Assembly: GCF_036321535.1 (NCBI RefSeq)
Contig: NC_087437.1
Coordinates: 71,984,001 to 72,048,000 of the forward strand
Length of the DNA: 64,000 nt
Source of the DNA: Camelus dromedarius
Lineage: Eukaryota
Direction of reading: 5' to 3'
A program made the position numbers and the translations under genes. Shown here one piece after another: positions 28,229 to 39,964 of this stretch. Position 1 is the stretch's first letter. The number at the start of each line of letters is the position of its first letter. The notes under the pieces are model-generated. The model was not told the origin of the DNA and ran no database searches. It saw only the letters and a list, made by a program, of their open reading frames with translations.

Positions 28229-28508
28229 CAGTGAATTATTGCTAAAAAAGGGATACTTCAGGAGAATGTCATATGGTGAGTGTGATAATTTGGGACTCAG
28301 GTTCAGATGTTAACATTATGTTTTTATCACTCTCTAGTCCAGTGATGTGCAAACCTGAGTGCATACTTAGAGTTGTTTGGGAAGCCTTTCAAAATACCAG
28401 TCCATTCCCTTTCCTTTTCACCTCCCTCCAGGGAAGCAGGGTGGTGAGGAGGAGGGGTACTATGATGGTGTGGTAGTGAGAGGCAGCCTGTTGACTGAGG
28501 AATAAATT

Positions 28509-30684
28509 GGGGGAGATGCAGAGGAGGAAGGATCAAGATGGTGGAGTAGGAGGATGTGGAGCTCACCTGCCCCGAGAAACATATCAAAACTACATCTACA
28601 TGTGGAACAATTCTCATAGAAAACTAATTGGAAACTGGCAGAAGAACTCCCTATATGACCAAAGTTGGAAGAAAGATTTCCATGTAACCCGTCAGGACAG
28701 TAAAAAAGGCATGGGGTTGGGACCTGTGCCCCTGGGAGGGATCTGAAAGGTGGGTGGATCCTCACCCTGGGGAGCCAATGAGTTGAGCCACAGACTGGGC
28801 ATCCCACTCCTGGGGTCCTATGTGAAGGAGACAAGCTCCCTTGGCTGCTGAGGGAAACACTGGGACAGACAGAAAATCTGGAGAAGCCTAGACTCATGAG
28901 GAGTGTACACAAGTTGACTTGTCAACAACGATGATGGAGAGAGCCTTGCACTGGTGGCTGCAACCTCACTGCGGTCCCCAGTCTGAACAGTGTGTACACT
29001 CCAACCCCACTCATTCTACACCACAGCCTGGTGTGAGATCATACCCAACCCAGCCATGGGAAAAGACTTGGTCTAGCTACGCAGAGACAATCACGGAGGA
29101 CCTGAGGTGTGATCCAGGCCGGGTGGTGGCAGCCACTGTCAGCACGTGCTCAGAAGTGCACTGCAAGTGAGTGCTCTGGCCCTGCCCACTCTACACTGCA
29201 GTTTACCACTGGATCTGGGGCACAGAGGTCCTGGGAGAAGACTGCCACAGAGGAAGCCCAGAGTTTCAGCAGCAGTGTAGCCACCTCAATTCCTGCAGCC
29301 ACAACGTCCCAACCTCCAGTCCTCGCTAGGGAACACCCCAGTCCAGGTTACTCCATACCACAGCCTTGCACTCGATCTGAAATAAACACATCAGGGGAAG
29401 GGTCTTGCCCTTGGGCTGCATCTGAGCAGAGCTGTAGATGCCTACACAGGTGGTGCACACGGGCCTCACTTGCTTCAGCAATCACTCCCCTAAGGGGCTG
29501 AAGGGGAATGGAGCCTGACTGGGCTCAACCCTCAGGGCTTCTACTCCAACAACTGGGGAGCAGACCCCACCCCTGACAGGATGACAACAGTCACAGAGCA
29601 GAGAGTAAGTCCCACCTCACACCCTGCACAGGTGTTAGATTCCTCAACACTAAGCACATCCCCTATCAAGTGGTAACGATCAGCACACACTGAGGAAAGA
29701 AGACATGGCTGGTGTCCAAATCAAAACCAGACCTTGTACCAAAGAAATATACAAACAGCACATACAACTCAATATCAAGAAAACAAACAACCCAATCAAA
29801 AAATAGGAAGAAGACCTAGATAGACATTTTCCCTAGATAGAGGGCTAGGAGGCACATGAAAAGATGCTCAACATTACTAATTATTAGAAAAATTACTCAT
29901 TTCATTGCAAATGAAAACCACTATGAGGTATCACCTCATACCGGTCAGAATGGCCATCATCAAAAAGGCTACAAATAACAAATGCTAGAGAGGGTGTGGA
30001 GAAAAGGGAACCCTCCTACACTGTTGGTGGGAATGTAAATTGGTGCATCCACTATGGAAAACAGAGTGGACATTCCTTAAAAAGCTAAAAATAGAACTAC
30101 CATATGATCCAGCAATTCTACTCCTGGGTATATATCTGGGGAAAAAAACCCTCTAATTTGAAAAGATACACACCCCTCAATGTTCACAGCAGCACTACTT
30201 ACAATAACCAAGACACAGAAGCAACCTAAGTGTGAAGTGTCCATCAACAGACAATTAGCTTAAGATGTGGTGTGTATATACACAATGGAATATTGCTCGG
30301 CCATAAAAAAGAATGAAATATTGCTATTTGCAGCAATATAGATTGACCAAGAGAATATCATACTAAGTTAAGTAAGTCAGACAGAGAAAACAAATATTAT
30401 ATAATGTAACTTATATATAGAATCCAAAAAATAATACAAATGAATCTATATACAAAACAGAAATAGCCTCACAGACAGAGAAAACGTACAGTTACCAAAG
30501 AAGAGAGGGAGGTGGGGAGGGACAAGTTCAGACTATGGAATTAACAGATACAAACGACCATACATAAAATAGATAAGCAACAAAGATTCACTCTACAGCA
30601 CAGGGAATTATATTCAATATCTTGTAATAGCCTATAACAGCATATAATCTGCAAGCAAACAAACAAACAAAATGAATCACTATG
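28509..30684 (+). mobile_element. Internally deleted L1 (5'UTR joined to ORF2 C-terminus and 3'UTR)
   Basis: 5'UTR start with YY1-like CAAGATGG at 28534. From ~29745 comes ORF2-end sequence (AAATATACAAACAGC...TATCACCTCATACCGGTCAGAATGGCC) and the 3'UTR. ORF1 and most of ORF2 are absent. Confidence 0.8.
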
Positions 30685-31545
30685 GAGCCTGAATCATCTT
30701 GTCATGACAGAAAGTAAAAAAACGCCCACAGAATGATGGGGACATGTCAACAGGACATACAAGTCAGCTTGAAGGCACTCCCACTGGCCAAACCTAGGAC
30801 AACTATGGTATCAAAATAAATAATAAAATACTGGACTAAAACTCAATAAATAAAATAAGAGTCTGTAAGTTCACTTGAGATACAAATAAATGAATGTATA
30901 ACTAAACAAATGAATGAGAAGTTCTTCCTTACAGTAGAATTCCAACTGTAAAATGTGAAGGTTTGAGGAATAGGATATTGGTTTAACATTAGAATATCTC
31001 CCCATAAAATACAAATTAAGTACAAAGGAAAGATGGTGGCTTCTCTAGCCAAAATATCATTTGTGGCTGAGCTGGGTCAAAGGAAAGTGGAGAACTTGGC
31101 AGACACAAATCTGGCCGGGTGATCAGGGCTCATACTGCAGCAGTGGGGCAGACTGGACAGCATAGCCGCCTAACGTGGTGCAGCTTCATGCCTCCAATTT
31201 TTCTGCCGAGAATGCGAGGCTTGAGTCTGAGGAAGCACCTGAGTGATCCAAGCTGTGGGTCATCCCAGTAAATGAAAAGTCTGCACTCTTTAAGACTGTC
31301 GAGGACAGAGAGGCAGGGAGGGAAGGAGGAAATGCTCCAGACTGAAGCAGAAGACTGAGATAAGGGGCGTTCCCGGAGAGGAACAAGGGAAAAGAGACGT
31401 TGCAATAATTGGAGAAATCTGAGTGGGGTTGGTGGCGTGGAGGTTGGTGTTGTGTTGGTGTTGATTTTCTAGATTGGAAAGAAGAGTGTTCTTGTTTTGT
31501 GAAAGTAGACATAAAGTACTTAGGAGTCATGGGTCGTGATGTCAG
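30685..31545 (+). mobile_element. Old L1MC/L1MD-type 3'UTR fragment
   Basis: GGGACATGTCAACAGGACA...CTCCCACTGGCCAAA...ATCAAAATAAATAAT motif recalled from L1MC/MD 3' ends. Confidence 0.6.
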
Positions 31546-33201
31546 GAAAAAAGCCCCCCTCCCCCCGTATATATGTGTATGTATACACACACATATGTAT
31601 TTGCACACATATATATAGACGTATAAGTAAATAAAAAGTATATATAATTCTCTACAAATGTATTACATACTTTATAAATATATAGACGTATATAGATAGA
31701 TATGTATGTGTCTTAGTTACTAAAATTAGCCTTAATACATAGAGCCCTTAGGGAAATAATCAAAAAATGAAACGGTAACTTCCCCATCTTTACTTGTTGT
31801 CATTTGGATCTAAAGTACACAAGACATCATGGACCCACATTCTACCTCCTCAGAGTCCCTGAAATACCCCTCTTTGGTTGTCATGTTAGAATGAAAATCT
31901 ATGATACGACACTAGTCATTCATTTATGCCAATACCCCAATGATCACTCAAAGCCACAAGGAGTGTTCATTCCTGCAGCTCATAGTCAATGAGCACTTGC
32001 TAGTTCCAGCCCCCATTCAGGTACTTGGACACATCAGTGAACAGGAGGTAAGATTCCCTGCCCTCGTGGTGCTCCTTTATTAGGTAACAATGTATGCGAC
32101 GTAAGGACAATAATTCTCTGATTGGTGCCAGTGTTGGGATGTACTGCATTCGTTCTGACTGAAAATGGAAACTGTTCATACGGTGCCTACAGGCAAAGCT
32201 TTTGCACAACACCAGGAAATCTCGAGAAGCTCTTTTAGAACATAAACCAGGTTTCCTGGGTGACCTGGATGGGCTGTACCTCTTCCCCTCCACGCTGCGG
32301 GGGACACATGTGACCCTTAGAACAAGCAAATGCTTCTCAGCACCAGCTCTTCCCTGAGCAGAGCCACATGCTCTGGTGTGTCTGAGGCAAACACACGTCT
32401 TTTGCGGCTGAAAATTAGAACGCTGTGTCTTCCTTATTGTAACTTCCAAGTCCGTGGGCACGGAAAAGAGGAGCACAAACCCGTACAAATGCTGGGTCAC
32501 TTCTGTCTTGACCTGGGGGTGGTTCTGACAGGTCCTGCTAATGGGGCTTAATGTGCGACCAATTCAGGGGAAGCAGAACATCTATGCTTTGGGCCCTGGA
32601 CAGAGACTGGCGGTGCCAAAAGGCTTCCTCTTCTTGGGGGCCGGCTTTGGTAGGAGCTCCAGCCTTGTCCTTGAGCCTGGCCTCCCCCTCGGCTGCCCTG
32701 GCTGTGACCCCAGCCTGACCCTGGTCGAGCCAGCCTCTCTCTGCAGAAGAAATGCATGTTAGGGAGGCTGGGGCAGGGGAGAGGGGTGTGAGGTGAGAGA
32801 CTCAGCTAAACGTTTCTTTACCACAGTGTAGACATTGTGGTTTTTGTCGGGATCACATCCAGGTTTCTGTACCTTTGGTTTTATGAAAAACCCGGGGCCA
32901 CTTGCCCAGGAGTGAAATGAGTTGACCCAGCTCAGCCACAAATGATACTTTGGCTACAGATAAGCTCCTGGATGGAAGGGGAAAAACCTCCCTTCCCTAA
33001 CTTTAAAGGCTCTCAAGGGTTCGGTGTGGTAAAGGAGGAAGAACAGGGGACACCTGGGTTCTGCTGCTGTTCTGCCACCAATCAGCTGTGTGACCAAAGG
33101 CAGGCCAGTCCGCCTCTCTGTGACTTGGTTTCCTCATCACAAAAATGGGTGAGGGTGGAACAGATGGCCTCTCAAAGCCCTACTAGCCTTAACATTCTAT
33201 G

Positions 33202-33380
33202 CAGGACTGTCTCCAAAATTTGCAGGGCCCAGTGCAAAAGGAAAATGCAGGGCCTTTTGCTTAAAAATTACTAAGAATTTCAAGAAAGCAACAATAGAGC
33301 ACGAAGACAAGCCCAGGGCCCTTCTAAGCACGGGGCCCTGTGCACCTTACCCAATAGTGCACCCATGAAGCCGGCCTTGA
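33202..33380. mobile_element. MER91-like hAT-Tip100 MITE
   Basis: GGGCCCAGTGCAAAAGGAAAATGCAGGGCC...CCCATGAAGCCGGCC. Confidence 0.6.
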
Positions 33381-34259
33381 TTCCCTGGCAGTCCCCCTCA
33401 CTACCCTCTTCTGATTACATCTGGTGGAGCATCTGCTTAATATAACTTGGCCCTGTGTACCAGTGAGTCATCTTGGGTTCCTCACCGAATTGCTCCTTGC
33501 CTCAGTCTCCTTGCATGTAAAACAGACAAATCACACCCACCTGGCAGGAAGATTGTGAGTTATAAAGACAACATGCTGAGCACATGGTGGGACTCAGTAA
33601 ACAGCATCACCAAGGTACCGTTACGTAAGGTACCGTTATTCACATTACATTGAATTCCATCTGGAAGAAGGTTTCATGGAGCCGCTGCTTTTTAAGGCAA
33701 GCTTATGTGCTGCTAGAGAGAAAGTCAGATTCAAAACAGACTTTCTTTTTGCCAAAAAAAGTCACGAGTGGTTTTTTTTTTTTTTTTCTTCCCAGTAACT
33801 GCATCTGTGGTGCTCTGCTCGCTGGACCACACACTCTATGAGTTAGGAAGTCATTCCATTCCCAACTGTAAATTATCTCCTGGGCCTGTTACTTTTTTCA
33901 CTCAGTTCCCCATCCTCCCACTCATTTCCTCTACTACTCAGGACTGCACATGGCTTTGGAGAAAACCCTCCGAGTTTCACACTGGTCACGGCTATTCTTG
34001 TTCTCGTTTGCTTTTACGTCACATGCATCCACACGTGCAGCTTTCCCCTAATCTCTCTCCCGGGGGCTCTCTCCGCTCTAGTTAATCAGCTGTAAGCAGA
34101 AGTCAGCTTCCGCCGGGGGAGGAAACATCATTCATATATTCACCCCTTCATTCATTCACTCATTGTTTTTTGAGCACTTTGTGTGCTGGCCATGCTGGCA
34201 GACACTGGGTATACAGAGACGAACTATGACCTTTGAGAAGCGTAAGAACTGATGGCAGC

Positions 34260-34304
34260 ACCTTCGATAGCTCAGGTGGTAGAGCGGGGAACTGCAGAGG
34301 TAAT
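34260..34304 (+). pseudogene. Tailless tRNA-Tyr(GTA) 5'-half retropseudogene
   Basis: 34261-34297 matches 33/37 nt of the vertebrate tRNA-Tyr 5' half (CCTTCGATAGCTCAGCTGGTAGAGCGGAGGACTGTAG). Flanked by a perfect 17-bp direct repeat TAAGAACTGATGGCAGC (34243-34259, 34305-34321). Confidence 0.88.
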
Positions 34305-34904
34305 TAAGAACTGATGGCAGCGACAAATGAGTGAAACGTGAATACAATGAGGTAAATAGTTTTATAAAGATTGCAGGGTTGGGGGTGGGAAGGATGACTT
34401 CCATGAGTTTGGTTTCCATCTGGGTGAGTCAGAGAAGGAAGCATTTGAGCTGGTCTTGAGGGTAAGTAGGAGTTTTCCATGAGAAGATATGTCCATCTGA
34501 AAGGAATCCTGGGGCCTCACTGCTGCTCTGTCACCTTTCACCTGTCTCTAGTCCTTTCCCTGACACATCTGTCTCCCAACTGTCCTCATGTCACTCCAGC
34601 CTCAGAAGATGGACAGGCCTGGGCACAGGGTTCCCCCTATCACTCGAGTGGATGAGAAAGTGCAGAGGGGATGTCAGAAGTAACATCTTAGATGAGGCAG
34701 GATGGGGTTGGAGTCTCTGAGGAAGGGCTGGCTCTGGAAGGAGACAAGAGCTCATCCTCTGAGAGGAAGGAAGGAAAGGGGGAGGAGTGAGGAATCATGG
34801 AACTAAGGCACAGAGGAGGGTGGAGGGACCTCCTGCTCCTTCACTCCTTACCTTCCAGCAGTCTGGCTTTTGGCTCCTCTACCCACAGAATCTCAGCTAT
34901 CCAC

Positions 34905-34990
34905 AGAAAAATAAATCACTATACTGTACACCAGAAACTAACACAACACTGTAAATCAACTATACTTTCAATTAGAAGAAAAAGAAAATA
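34905..34990 (+). mobile_element. Ultra-short L1 3' tail
   Basis: AAATCACTATACTGTACACCAGAAACTAACACAACACTGTAAATCAACTATAC plus A-tail, with AGAAAA(A)TAA flanks. Confidence 0.75.
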
Positions 34991-35191
34991 ATTTCAACCA
35001 TGGTATAAAGATGCGAAATTACCATACATGCTTGGAAAATGGTGAGTAATCCAGATTTGCTGAAGCACATTAGTCCAGTGGGGTCATCTAATTTAATCTA
35101 CTTGGTAAGTATGAACATCCGTGTATTCCTTTAGGAAATACAGAGTGAACGGTGGAACTTAAGACTTTGACTTATGTTTCAACACAAACAT

Positions 35192-35385
35192 TTATCCGAG
35201 TGCTGTGTATACTTGTTGGGATGCACGCATGCACACGCGCGCACACACACACACAAAACAGACCATGCTGGGTAGTGTGGATACACGGAACTTATCCGAG
35301 TGCTGTGTATACTTGTTGGGGTGCGCACGCGTGCACGCGTGCGCGCACACATGAGACCGTGCTGGGTAGTGTGGATACACGGAAC
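35192..35385. repeat. Tandem duplication (100 bp + 94 bp) with alternating purine-pyrimidine core
   Basis: TTATCCGAGTGCTGTGTATACTTGTTGGG and GCTGGGTAGTGTGGATACACGGAAC each occur twice; the (GC/CA)n core differs between copies. Confidence 0.92.
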
Positions 35386-35761
35386 TTGCTCTTGAGGAAC
35401 TCACTCTCTTGAGAGGAGGGGACGACTGCATCTTGGTGTGTAAACACCATTAGTGCTACTAATGCAGGTGGGCGTAGGGCCTCTGGCACCCAGGCGAGAG
35501 GAAGGAAATTATTTCGGCATGGGTTGTGAGAAAAACTATATAGATAGGTAGCATTTGATTTAGGTTTTCAAGAATAAGTAGAGCTTGTCCATGGAAAGGG
35601 GGAAAGTAGGGTGTTTCAAGTAAAGGGAACAGGAAGAAAAGTGTGTGTGTGGTGGGGAAGGGTGTGTAAAACGTGTTCATAGGTTGTCTCATGGCTTAGA
35701 CACATATCCCAGAGAGAGTGCGAAGTGGTTCTCACTGCCGGGTGGGGAGGGGAGGTATCCC

Positions 35762-35996
35762 CGGTGGTTCTCAGCGGCGATGATCTTGTTCCCCAGGGGA
35801 ATGTGGCAACGTCTCCAGGTATTTTCTGCTGGTTACAAGTGTGACAGCTGGGTGGGGATTGGGGGGGGGCTGCTACTGGTCTCTAGTGGGTAGAAGCCAG
35901 AGGTGTTGCAAATACCCTATAATGCACAGGACAGTTCCTTACAACAAAGAATTATCCCATTCAAAATGCCAACAGCGCTGAGATTCAGAAACCCTG
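35762..35996. mobile_element. MER20 hAT MITE
   Basis: GTGGTTCTCA...GCTACTGGTCTCTAGTGGGTAGAAGCCAG...AATGCACAGGACAG...ACAAAGAATTATCC...GAAACCCTG. Confidence 0.85.
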
Positions 35997-37122
35997 GGGG
36001 AGAGTATGACGGTCCAGAAAGAAGGGGTAGGAAATGAGGTAGAAAAGATAGACTGGTGATAATTTGTGAAAGGTCTTAAATGCCATATGATATAATGGAG
36101 GTTTCTAGGACTGTAAGAGTTTTATTTTTATTCATTTAATTGGTCTCCTTTTATTCAATGGTACCCATTTATAGTATAGCTCAATAAAAAGCGATAATGC
36201 TTACAAGTAACAAAGGAAAATCTTCTTTACAGAATTCTATAATTAACTTTGAGGTTACCTGAACAAAGATTTTTCTAATAGAAAAAGAGTCCATTTGTAT
36301 TCTTTCCTTGGTTACCAGTTAAATTCCTCTGCCCCCTGCCACTCCTCCACCCCCACCCCACCTCCACCCAAGGCATCCAGGGTCACCCACTGAGCCTTCT
36401 GGCTGAGCTGACCCATGAGGTACAAGGGCTGAGCTCTGGGGAAAGAGGGACCAGGACCCTCTGAGACAGTCACCAGGCACTGGTGACTTGTGTAGTTTAC
36501 AGCTAGATATGTGTTCTCAGGAAACACTGGCTCTGGTCCAGGACTAATACATGATGTTTGTGAACAGAAGTCTGGGGATGACTTTTTCTAAGCCATATTC
36601 ATGTTGGAAAAACTGAGTTCATGTTATCACTACTGAATTCAGTACTGCCCCCCAACCCTTGCTCTCTTGCACTATGAATTCCTGCCCCACTCCCAGAATA
36701 GAGTGTTACAACCACTTCATGATCAGGAGGCTGACAATTGGCTGGAAATTACTTGGAAAACACAGTACCTCCTAAGCCTGATTTCAACCTTCTAAACAAA
36801 GGTATGTACCCAGAAACTATTTCCCAAAGTATAGGGAACAGCAAAGGTTATAGGGGCAGACACTTCAACCAGATCAAAAAAGACTGATCACCAAAGACTA
36901 TGGTTTTGAACACTTTTTGAGTTCAGGGAACATTTCCAACTACTGGAATTTTCCATGGCACACCTAAAGGAATTAAATGGAGTCCACTGTCATCGTCATC
37001 CTACCATGTCATTCATACAATGAAGTTATAAAGATACAACCTGTGGGACCAGAGAGAAAGGTCACAATTTCAAAGTCAGACAATTCTCCTACCATTTTGC
37101 TCAGGAAATCTGTGCTGCAGAT

Positions 37123-37281
37123 TAAGGTTGCCAGATAAAATATAGGACTCCTGGTTAATTTTGAATTTTAGATAATGAGTTGCTTTTTTAGTATAAGTTT
37201 GTCCTATGCTAAATTCATTTGTCTGAAATTCAAATTTAACTGCACGCCCTCTATGTTTATTTGCTAAATTAGGCAGCACTA
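37123..37281. mobile_element. MER53-like palindromic MITE
   Basis: TAAGGTTGCCAGAT...TTTGAATTT / AAATTCAAA...ATTTGCTAAATTAGGCAGCACTA inverted structure. Confidence 0.7.
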
Positions 37282-38871
37282 TCCCAGAGAGAGTGTGAAG
37301 TGGGAATCTTAACTCATTCAGTCAGCATCTATGCCCACAGGTGTCCCGGGGGGCGGAGGGCAGCCTGCCTCTTTGGATCGGACGTGGTGAAAGACACACA
37401 CAACACCCTAGTTCACCCAAGGCAACTATACCAGCTGAGGTTTCACTAAAGAAACCATGACCTGCTTTCATGCTGGAGGGGGAAAAGGATTGTCTGAAAT
37501 GGACTTCCTAAGAGATACTGGTCTCTGACATGATAACTTTCTTAAGTGTTTTCTTTATTTGACAAAAACTGAGCATCTGAACTGTTCCAGGCATTTAGGA
37601 CGAACGAGGGACTAAACTGCTTCTTGTTAGAACAAGAAACTGCACATTTCTGTTCTCGGGATGCCGACATGCTCATGGGGGGAGATTCTCAATGCCAATT
37701 GTAATATCCTTAACCTTCATCCTCCAGTTGACTCAGTGAGATCTGCCTCCATGTACTGGCTTTATCATACTTGAGAACCTTGTCACTATCTGAATACATC
37801 TGCCCTGATTATGTTTTCTTATATATTTCTGGGGCAAAATTTGTGCTATTCCAGCATCTCCCATAGTAGATATTATAAGAATAAACAGCAATAAATACTG
37901 GTGGAAAAGAGAAAGCTTTTAGGAGCACAATTCTCCTGAGAACTGTTTGTTTCTTGGCAAGTATGCATGTGTGTATGTGCATTTTTGTGAGAGTATCTGG
38001 GTGCCCAGATGCTGCGTCTCTTGGAAATTTTGGGTGTAGAGAGACTATGTCCTTTCTGAGTGAATCCTAATTTTTAAAAAAACATTTTCTTGACCAGTTT
38101 AGTCGTAAAAGCAAATGCTTGAAAGATTCCAGTAACAACTTTTTGGGCAGAAAAGAAGGCCCCTGCTTGGAGCTGGGTTTAGCAGCAGACATTGAAATGT
38201 GGCTTGGCTCCGTCCCTTGGCTCAGTACTGGGTGTTATGTTCCACTAGAGGCCCTGGTACCTTTTCAGTAATGCGCCAAATCAGGCACAGACTTGCTGGC
38301 AGCCAGAGCAGAGGGACTTTACTGATCCAGGCCCAGCTCTCAGGAGGTAACTGGCAAGAGAGAAGAAAGCAAAACAAGCAACCAAATCCCTATACACCTT
38401 ATAAATTTGACTTGGAAATTTTGCCTCAAGGCTGTCAGAGTAGGAATAATGATTTCATTTTCTTCAAGGCCAGTTCTTGGGCACTGAGTCTTTAATGTAG
38501 GAAAAATACATCCAATTATCTGATTATCAACTTTTTTTAAGTCTTGCCATTACCAGGATCAGGTGACTCCTCTGCTCCCTGCAAGTAAACTTATACTCTG
38601 CCACTCCCGGCCAAGCTAGGCCCTCAGGTACCGTGACCTGCTGCCAGGGCAGGGACAGAGCCTTGAAGTCATGTGCATCTACTTTGCCTAGGAGATGTTT
38701 CTTTGATTATTTGAATCTCCTCTACCCGGGGTAAGTCAGTTTGTCTCCACTCTGTCTGAGGTTGTGAAGCTGGGATCCCACTGGCGGGCTGGAATGTAGA
38801 TTAGGTTCTTCTGCTTGGCTTCTAACTGAAGCCAGAAGGAGCAGTTAGAGAGCAAGCTGGGTACAGCCTCT

Positions 38872-38903
38872 TGCTGCCCTCTGGTGGAAAGCCGGGTACT
38901 GAA
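38872..38903 (-). promoter_or_regulatory. CTCF site (core plus upstream module)
   Basis: The minus strand reads TTCAGTACCC-GGCTTT-CCACCAGAGGGCAGCA. Confidence 0.7.
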
Positions 38904-39964
38904 CAAGCCATAGCTGAGGACTGATTCCCCAAGCAAATGTTAAGGTGTCTATGCAAATGTCCGTGGGGAACAATTACACTTACAGCTATTAGGTTATACT
39001 CTACTGCAAAGCTAAACGTTATCATATATATATATATATTACATATATGTATTTTTTTGAGCAAGCTGGAACCTAGAGAAATTTGACCCACTTTACACAC
39101 TGTTGAACCTGGGGTCTAGAAGCAGTACCACAAAAATAAATACTGAATGTAGTTTGAAAGGTCACTGTATAAGAGTCTGATTTCTCAGTAATGGGAGTTT
39201 TCATTCCACCCCCTTTATATTTCTGTTTGTTGCAAATTCATTACTCATTTTTTTCTCTAAACTCTTCCCTTTCTTCAATCATTATTTCCTGTATGTTTAG
39301 ATAACTATAAGATTTTTGAAAGGGATGTTATCCTTACACATTCCCAAAAAGTGAAAATCAGCCTTTGACCCAGGAAAATTATAATTCTTATATACTCCAG
39401 ATCTTAAACTGAGATTTGTACCCCATACATTCAGATCAGAATCCAAACGTCAGGAATTCAAATGAAACATGTTGGTCTTAAATCTTCTGAAAGTTCCTCA
39501 ATGCAAATGAGAGGCTGACTCCTTAAGACTTTTGCATGCAAATTACATTTTGAAAGAAAAAATATATAATTTTAATAGCCCTAAAAATGCCAGAATTTTC
39601 AGAAAGTATAGTCAGGGAGAAGCATTCTTTTTCATTTAAAATCTATGACAGGATGCTTTTTAGAATCAAGGAAAATTTTTGGAGACTAGCATATGGGTTA
39701 TTAACACGTTATGCATATGTATGATTGGCCTTTCAAATGTGTTCCAGTGACTTCTAGAGCTATTGTGTTTCTTGAATTAAGACATTTTTAATGCCAGGCT
39801 AATACTTGGTTCTTATTGAAAGGCTTTTTTATTCATTACTTAATTCATTCAGTATTTATTCAACAATATTTACTGAGCACCCTCATGGCAGCAGGAAGGA
39901 GGGGATACACTCCCTGCATGGAGGTGCTTATAGAACTCAGTACAAATGTCTCAAGAACAAGGCA

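Noticed and set aside
34261..34297. Functional tRNA gene (anticodon reads GCA)
   Set aside because: Only the 5' half is present: no B-box, T-arm or 3' acceptor strand. It is flanked by a TSD.
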